A stretch of DNA of 64,000 nucleotides, from IMG/VR virus record IMGVR_UViG_3300031111_000007, positions 64,001 through 128,000 of that record. One strand, given 5' to 3'. The DNA is from a virus. Lineage: Duplodnaviria; Heunggongvirae; Uroviricota; Caudoviricetes. Positions 57,896 through 64,000 of the stretch are shown one piece after another. The translations under genes were made by a program, and so were the position numbers. A model generated the notes under the pieces. That model saw nothing but the letters and a program-made list of their open reading frames with translations, did not search any database and was not told where the DNA came from. Position 1 is the stretch's first letter. The number at the start of each line of letters is the position of its first letter.

Positions 57896-58729
57896 CTACT
57901 TACCACAATTCAAACCTCTACCATTGATACAATCACTAACCTGTGCATATTTAGTTGAAGTTTTCTTTTCAACCTTTGCCAGTTCAGGTTTGGAAGCATC
58001 AACACCGGCATAACCCTGCAACCAAGGCAAATCTTCAGTCATGCTACGATTGGAAGCATAACCAGTTCCACCACCCGGAGAGATAGATTCTTTACCACTA
58101 TCATTGACAAGACCACCAGTAGCATAAGCACCGATACCCCAACCAGAAGCATCTACTCCACGATGAGCACCTTCAGCAGTCAACACCAGCACATTACAAC
58201 CCTCATCCAATACTTCCTGTGCCATCTGACCAAGAACCATCAGGGAATTGGTATCGTTATCATCAGCTTCACCATCGATCATACCTACAATCTTAACACC
58301 AGCAGGTCTTTGGAGAGTGATATAGATAAACTTGGTTCCCTTATAATCCTTTCCATAAGCTCTAGGCACCATGCTTTCCTCATTGATAACCTGAAAATTG
58401 ACTTCGGTATCACTTCCACCTTTTGCCAAATTATCAACAGCACCATCACTCATTTTCAGAACTACACCATCTTCACCGAAAAGATTAATAAACTCTTTCA
58501 TACTACGGAAAGAACTATCGGGAGTAGGGGAAGTAAAGAACCCATTGGTCTGAGGAAAAGGAGTGACCCCCGGATTCACAAACTTACGATCATACACATT
58601 ACTAACTGCATGACTATCCTGAGATAGAGTTGCAGTAGCACCAGCATCAGCAGTTGCTTCAGCCGCAAAAGCGTTGCCACCTACCATAACCAGACTCAAA
58701 CAAATTACTGCAATAATCAATTTTTTCAT
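57896..58729 (-). CDS. Exported hypothetical protein
   Basis: Signal peptide MKKLIIAVICLSLVMVGGNAFA. Confidence 0.7.
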   Translation of the reverse strand: MKKLIIAVICLSLVMVGGNAFAAEATADAGATATLSQDSHAVSNVYDRKFVNPGVTPFPQTNGFFTSPTPDSSFRSMKEFINLFGEDGVVLKMSDGAVDNLAKGGSDTEVNFQVINEESMVPRAYGKDYKGTKFIYITLQRPAGVKIVGMIDGEADDNDTNSLMVLGQMAQEVLDEGCNVLVLTAEGAHRGVDASGWGIGAYATGGLVNDSGKESISPGGGTGYASNRSMTEDLPWLQGYAGVDASKPELAKVEKKTSTKYAQVSDCINGRGLNCGK

Positions 58730-58802
58730 AACATTTTTCTCCTTTCAAGAGTTTTAATTTTGGGGAGCATAACACTCCCCATTTTATTTGTCAAGCTATT
58801 TT

Positions 58803-60005
58803 TTAATCAACTACAGAACCAGAATTACCAGTTGTAGCATAACCTACTTGATGGGAAATAACCGTAATCGAATTACCAGAACTGATAACCCGATTATAAC
58901 CATATGCTTTAGCCATTCCACCAACAGTTGCAGTCATACCCGGACTTGGTAATTGATAACAGAAAATATAATCACCCGGAATAGAAGCAACAGAACCAAC
59001 AGCACCATTAAATGCTGCTTCGCTTGTACCATGAGCAACCCCACCAAAACCAACAGCCTGTCCAGCTTGTAAAGCACTACCTTTAGCAGTAATTCCAATT
59101 AAATCAATATTATCATATCCCAACGGAACAATAAGCTGTCCATCAAGACCACGATTCAACTGAGCAGAACCACCCGTAGAAATAGCAAGGTTTGATGCTA
59201 TCGTACCATCAGCACTAACAAATGACTTCGAATAAACGTCATGTGCGACAGACAAATCACTATGGAAATCAACATATGCATCACTTCTTGCATGGTCGCT
59301 TTCATTACCAGCAAAAGTAACTTCAGTTAACCCACCAGCACCAGCAGCAGCATAACTTCCATTGACACCAACAACTTTAGTATTACCGAATACATCAGCA
59401 CCAACACTTCCATTAATTGAGATTCTAGCATCTTGAAAACAAGGATAATTACCTTCAGCAGATGCCCAACCATCAATACCCAAAGTAGTTTCTGAACCTA
59501 CAACCAATTCCTGTACTTGACTATCATTCCTCAAGAAATTAGAAGTAACATCAGTAGTCAAAGTAAGAATAGTTTCAGCTTCAGCTTCACCAGTACCAGA
59601 TTCAGTTTTATAAGTAGCTACTTTATCGGTTCCAAGAAATACCCATTCACTCTTTGGATATGGATGAGAACGAAATTTTTTTACCCATCCAGCTAAAAAA
59701 CCATGTATTTTTTCATAATAACCACTATCACCATCTTGACCACCAGTATACTCATAACCATCAAAAACTACAGTATCCTGACCATATGCTTCTGAACTCG
59801 CATTAAAATTAACATTCCCAACATATGCTCCACCACCAATAATTTCTGTACTATCGGAATTTTTGAGATATGTATTAGGAATAAGATCGGAATTAGCATC
59901 AGCAGCAGTATCAACTTGAGAACAATTACCACCTTCACATGCAAAGGCGTTTCCTGCCATAACCAAACTAACTACCATGAACAAAATAATAAACAATTTT
60001 TTCAT
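58803..60005 (-). CDS. Exported Gly/Ala/Ser-rich beta protein
   Basis: Signal peptide MKKLFIILFMVVSLVMAGNAFA. Confidence 0.7.
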   Translation of the reverse strand: MKKLFIILFMVVSLVMAGNAFACEGGNCSQVDTAADANSDLIPNTYLKNSDSTEIIGGGAYVGNVNFNASSEAYGQDTVVFDGYEYTGGQDGDSGYYEKIHGFLAGWVKKFRSHPYPKSEWVFLGTDKVATYKTESGTGEAEAETILTLTTDVTSNFLRNDSQVQELVVGSETTLGIDGWASAEGNYPCFQDARISINGSVGADVFGNTKVVGVNGSYAAAGAGGLTEVTFAGNESDHARSDAYVDFHSDLSVAHDVYSKSFVSADGTIASNLAISTGGSAQLNRGLDGQLIVPLGYDNIDLIGITAKGSALQAGQAVGFGGVAHGTSEAAFNGAVGSVASIPGDYIFCYQLPSPGMTATVGGMAKAYGYNRVISSGNSITVISHQVGYATTGNSGSVVD

Positions 60006-60008
60006 AAC

Positions 60009-60281
60009 TTATTCTCCTTTCGTTTCTTTAATTGTTTGTGGCTCTACCTGTTCTTCTTCTTGATTAACAGGCACAACCGCTTGTACTACTTTACCCTTGT
60101 CACTTTGTTGCACCATGATAGTACTTGGTTTCACTCCAAACAAGGCACGATAAGGCACCTTGTTATTGTATTGTGATTGAAACGCATTCGCAAGACCAAA
60201 AGAACCCAAGCAAATAATCATGGAAACTACAATTACCAAATAAGCCAACTTTCTTGTACTCATAAGCATCACTCCTTTCAT
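60009..60281 (-). CDS. Small exported protein
   Basis: Hydrophobic leader ending ANA-F. Confidence 0.5.
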   Translation of the reverse strand: MKGVMLMSTRKLAYLVIVVSMIICLGSFGLANAFQSQYNNKVPYRALFGVKPSTIMVQQSDKGKVVQAVVPVNQEEEQVEPQTIKETKGE

Positions 60282-60322
60282 AGTGTACTTTTGGGGGGAA
60301 TTTCACCCCCCTATTAAAACAA

Positions 60323-61102
60323 TTACTTCTTGAAAAACTTCTTTCTTGACACTGAACCAAACATGATCAGACCAGTTCCCAATAGAAGCATTGAAGCAGG
60401 TTCAGGCACAGGAGCAGCAGTTTGACCAATGAGATTATCATTACCACATTCCATAGTAAAATGGGCAAGAAAAGTTCCTGTATAAATATCTGAATTAAGA
60501 ATAGTAGTCATATCGAAACCATCCACAAAATAAATACCAGAATTAACATAATGATTAAATTGTCCACTATCCAATGCTGTTACACCATTATTAACATCAA
60601 AAGCCCATGGATTTGATTCAGATAGATTCTTAGGTTCAGCTACATCCAATAAAGTTCCATCATCGATAGAGTATATGTCCCATGTTCCATTATTCCAATC
60701 AACATCAAAAACATAATCATATCCTTTGTCATTTGGACCACCATCAACACCATAAACAGCATCACCATCAACATCAATAAATATATCACCGGAAGTATAA
60801 CTATATCCACTTACACCATTAATAAAATCCCATCCACCAGACATACCAAGCATATTATTAGAATTACTATAATACATTGCTTCTAAATCCCACGCTTGAG
60901 TATTAATCATTCCCGGTTCAACTTCATTATCCTCATTTTCACTATTATACCATGAATTACCACTGAAATCTTTTCGACCATCATAAATCGTAATGTTTTC
61001 CATACCCGTTTCTATAAATTGAACAGGTACTGCCATTGCCTGACTTCCAAAGAACAAAACCCCTACCAATAAAACAAATACTACCAACAAATTTTTCTTC
61101 AT
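60323..61102 (-). CDS. PEP-CTERM sorting-domain surface protein
   Basis: Signal peptide; C-terminal VPEPASMLLLGTGLIMFGSVSRKK. Confidence 0.92.
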   Translation of the reverse strand: MKKNLLVVFVLLVGVLFFGSQAMAVPVQFIETGMENITIYDGRKDFSGNSWYNSENEDNEVEPGMINTQAWDLEAMYYSNSNNMLGMSGGWDFINGVSGYSYTSGDIFIDVDGDAVYGVDGGPNDKGYDYVFDVDWNNGTWDIYSIDDGTLLDVAEPKNLSESNPWAFDVNNGVTALDSGQFNHYVNSGIYFVDGFDMTTILNSDIYTGTFLAHFTMECGNDNLIGQTAAPVPEPASMLLLGTGLIMFGSVSRKKFFKK

Positions 61103-61156
61103 GACATACTCCTTTCTTAAATGTTAATAAAAACTTCATTTGCCATTTTCAAAAGG

Positions 61157-61185
61157 ACAATAACATTGTTCACTTTGTATGTCAA
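61157..61185 (-). promoter_or_regulatory. Sigma70-type promoter TTGACA-17-TATTGT with extended TG
   Basis: -35 at 61180-61185, -10 at 61157-61162. Confidence 0.7.
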
Positions 61186-61263
61186 CTGTTTTTTTCAATA
61201 ATTTCGGCTATTTACTTTATTTCCTAATTATGTAATTTTTTTCATATTGAAATTATTGACAAT

Positions 61264-61443
61264 TTATTCGTTTAATGTATTCGATTTCCCATCTTCTTCA
61301 TTCAACTTTTTTTTCTTTTTCCATAATTTATTGCCTGTTGGTGCTTCAGATACCAATAATTCACCTTCTGGTAACTTTTTCTTAAGCATCTTTCCTTCAG
61401 GTGGTATATCTCTAATCATGTTTCCTTTGTGTTCTGTACTCAT
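61264..61443 (-). CDS. Small hypothetical protein
   Basis: Read manually: MSTEHKGNMIRD...SNTLNE; overlaps upstream stop. Confidence 0.45.
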   Translation of the reverse strand: MSTEHKGNMIRDIPPEGKMLKKKLPEGELLVSEAPTGNKLWKKKKKLNEEDGKSNTLNE

Positions 61444-62051
61444 TTTAATTTTTCCTCCACTTTAATAAGAAAATCTTCTATATCGTTTAAATTGAAATTG
61501 ATTTTCCGATATCTTTCTTGAATATATGGAATGTAACTTCTATCCTGATCGTCAAGTATCATTCCCTTTCTAATCATAAAAACCAGAAAAGCAGCATCTA
61601 TCTTGTTCTTTAAGTAATGATCGATTGCTACTTTCTGGTTTCCATTTCTTTCTCTCATGTACTGATGGAATGTTTTATTATTTTCTACCATCCACTTCTT
61701 TACGAACAATGCAGATTCGGCAATACCCTTTTTTGTAGTTTCGACTTTACGTTTCTTATTCTTATCCTTCTCAATATACAACATCAAGATATTCTTTTTA
61801 AAAAACATTGGATAAGAAAAATATTTGTATAAATCAAAACCACATAAAAAGTAAGTATAAGGATCAATGTTACTCCATTTCGTTGCGAACCATTGTGCTG
61901 CTTTAATCAGGGATCGCTGGTGTCTTTCTTCCATCTTGTTGAAATGAGCTTCAAAGTCTTTAGGCATTCTATATCCTCTGCTCTTATGAAAAGCCTGTGC
62001 TTTCCTGAATGCCAGATAAACTTCTCTTATATCATCTATTGATACTGCCAT
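61440..62051 (-). CDS. Helicase loader gp59-like (tentative)
   Basis: About 200-aa helical protein near gp32; VYLAF... and NKIDAAFLVF resemble gp59 layout. Confidence 0.4.
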   Translation of the reverse strand: MAVSIDDIREVYLAFRKAQAFHKSRGYRMPKDFEAHFNKMEERHQRSLIKAAQWFATKWSNIDPYTYFLCGFDLYKYFSYPMFFKKNILMLYIEKDKNKKRKVETTKKGIAESALFVKKWMVENNKTFHQYMRERNGNQKVAIDHYLKNKIDAAFLVFMIRKGMILDDQDRSYIPYIQERYRKINFNLNDIEDFLIKVEEKLK

Positions 62052-62052
62052 A

Positions 62053-63153
62053 TTATAACCTTTGGTTAAACATATTTAAGTACGTTTCAATATACCGTTG
62101 GATATTATTGTTTTTCTCCCACCACAATTGAGATTTTACTCTATTATAATCCTTATTGAATGTCTTTGCTCTCAAGTCTATATCATTTGCAAGAGCTTCT
62201 ATATGAGCTATAAATTCATCATCACTTCTTGCTTTTCTCTGCATGAACTTATATGGTGTTACATCTGAGTAAACACCAACAGAACCACAAGCATTATACT
62301 CAAGACATTTAATATTAGATTTACAATGATTAAATGGATCATCTCTCAATGGAGCTAAACAAATGTCCGGTTCCATGTCCTTTAAAGCCTTTGGATATTC
62401 AAAAACATTCTCCCAAGGATGGAATTTAACTTTATTCTTGATATCCTGTAGTTCTTCAGGTATTGCTCCCATAAAAATCCAATCGTATTTGTCAGTAGTC
62501 TTTCGAATAAAATCCAATAACCCATTTCCGAAATCACCACCTTTAACTTTATCGCCAGTTACTTGTTTCATAGCAAAGTGATTCTGACTTCCACCCCATA
62601 GGATTTTAATCTTCTTTTTCTCATCATAGTAATGGTGTTTGGGATAGACTTCTCCCCATACGAACTTGGGAAGATGGTTAGGAATTACAGATATCTTTTT
62701 ACAGTATGGTGAGTATGCTTCTTTTAATTTCGCTGTTGAAACCATCATACCATCACATTCTGACATGATACGTTTGATAGTATCTTCAGCCTGATTATAA
62801 TACAGGCTTGCGTAATTCCATTTAGGAATTCCAAACAACATATCATCGATTTCGTATATAACCGGAATCGGAAATTTACTCTGCACAGCATTCTTAAAAT
62901 GCCGTATCAGTTCTAAATGCCCTTCAGTTGCACTTCTCTGGAATTGTACAAACGTAAAGGGTTTATACCAAGTAGGTTCCTGAACATAATTCATTAGATA
63001 AGTTGAATGACACATCAAATCTTTTTTTCTAAAATGATTCAAATAGAAGAATGGATAGATCACTCTGATCGTTCCACATCCTTGTGTATCACCCACATAA
63101 CTCAAAAATCCTAATTTAGCTGGACGTTTAACAGGTTGCAGTTTCTTTTTCAA
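62053..63153 (-). CDS. GT-B (GT4-like) glycosyltransferase
   Basis: YEIDDML, VSTAKL, VIPNHL, LAPL...FNHCKSNIKCLEY. Confidence 0.85.
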   Translation of the reverse strand: MKKKLQPVKRPAKLGFLSYVGDTQGCGTIRVIYPFFYLNHFRKKDLMCHSTYLMNYVQEPTWYKPFTFVQFQRSATEGHLELIRHFKNAVQSKFPIPVIYEIDDMLFGIPKWNYASLYYNQAEDTIKRIMSECDGMMVSTAKLKEAYSPYCKKISVIPNHLPKFVWGEVYPKHHYYDEKKKIKILWGGSQNHFAMKQVTGDKVKGGDFGNGLLDFIRKTTDKYDWIFMGAIPEELQDIKNKVKFHPWENVFEYPKALKDMEPDICLAPLRDDPFNHCKSNIKCLEYNACGSVGVYSDVTPYKFMQRKARSDDEFIAHIEALANDIDLRAKTFNKDYNRVKSQLWWEKNNNIQRYIETYLNMFNQRL

Positions 63154-63437
63154 GCTATAAAACCACCCATAGAATCTGCTTTCTTTTTAATATCATCCAG
63201 ATTTTTACTCTTTTTGAGTTTATCTATGAATGCTTTATAGTCTCTGACACATTGCTCCTTGGTATAAGCAACATATTTTCCACTACCCTGTTCAGTTTCC
63301 CGTTCTACTTCACTAATCATTTTTTGACAGAATACGCAAATTTTCGGATACTCACCATCTGCCAATGGTTGAGAATTCGGAATTACTTCCACATAATTCG
63401 GTGGAAGAAATTCATTACATTTAACACACTTAGGCAT
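63150..63437 (-). CDS. Zn-ribbon hypothetical protein
   Basis: CVKC...CVFC. Confidence 0.6.
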   Translation of the reverse strand: MPKCVKCNEFLPPNYVEVIPNSQPLADGEYPKICVFCQKMISEVERETEQGSGKYVAYTKEQCVRDYKAFIDKLKKSKNLDDIKKKADSMGGFIA

Positions 63438-63471
63438 AATTTATTTCTTCTCCTTATATAGACTCCTTTCA

Positions 63472-63502
63472 TCTATATCACATTCAGTAAAAAAAGATAA
63501 CC
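63472..63502 (-). promoter_or_regulatory. GGTTATC-18-TATAGA promoter
   Basis: Same motif class as 32954 and 57784. Confidence 0.6.
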
Positions 63503-63509
63503 CATTTTT

Positions 63510-64000
63510 TTATTTTTTATTTTCATCATTATCTTTTTTTTCTTTTTCTTCATAAGCATTATTATCTCGCTTATGGTATTTCGATTCAAGATCACGTTTC
63601 AATGCTCTCTTGACTTTCTTTAAATCACCAACCCTAATCTCATCCAATTGATCATCACTTTCAAGACGATCAATCGTACCCATGATAATAGTTCGAATAT
63701 CATCAGCATCAACATGAACATCAGCATATTCTTTACTCCTGATTGTAGCTTCAACTGAATCACAGATCATTAATACGGCAGCTTCCAATGTGGTAGGTGG
63801 ATTGGTATTACGATATCGAAACATATCTTCCTCAATACCAGTTGCAGCATTAGCCAAAGATTTAATAACTGTATTGCCATGGTGTTGAGTAATAGGTGGG
63901 ATTAATGTAGATGGAAAATCAACCATCTGACATAATATCAATGCTCCATCTGCAATATGCTTCGATATCAAATGAAATGAAACCATAGGTTCCAATTTCT
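63510..64000 (-). CDS. HD/HDIG phosphohydrolase, PgpH/YqfF-like cytoplasmic domain (5' truncated)
   Basis: ISKHIADG, QHHGNT, FRY...P..LEAAVLMICDSVEATIRS; frame open to window end. Confidence 0.8.
   Translation of the reverse strand, partial: KLEPMVSFHLISKHIADGALILCQMVDFPSTLIPPITQHHGNTVIKSLANAATGIEEDMFRYRNTNPPTTLEAAVLMICDSVEATIRSKEYADVHVDADDIRTIIMGTIDRLESDDQLDEIRVGDLKKVKRALKRDLESKYHKRDNNAYEEKEKKDNDENKK

Overview
AT-rich 64-kb segment of a large T4-like (myovirus-type) tailed phage genome, read in the standard code and mostly on the minus strand. It holds a baseplate module (truncated wedge protein, gp6, gp25, gp5, gp27-like hub, gp53) interrupted by a CCA-adding enzyme and a GP88-like Cys protein, and a trio of poly-serine putative virion proteins next to a glycosyltransferase. 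Head-assembly genes (gp2, gp4, gp68-like) are followed by a divergent lysis cassette containing a stand-alone PAS protein. Replication genes are B-family polymerase, family-4 UDG, gp41, UvsY/UvsW, gp32 and gp59-like; there are also three tRNA-Leu genes and PhoH. A ~13-kb glycan island encodes RmlB, a DegT aminotransferase, split HldE, several methyltransferases and a GT9-MTase-GT4 fusion. A moron-like cassette encodes four exported proteins, one of them PEP-CTERM (suggesting a Gram-negative, possibly Desulfobacterota-like host), and a truncated PgpH-like HD domain closes the window. Three promoter classes are visible: sigma70-like TTGACA-17, T4-late TATAAATA, and a recurrent GGTWAYC-N18-TATA(G/C)(T/A) motif. 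The leading hypotheses are phage-encoded glycosylation (possibly heptosylation) of poly-Ser virion proteins and capsid-packaged tRNA-repair cargo. All family calls come from motif recognition by eye; no database searches were run.
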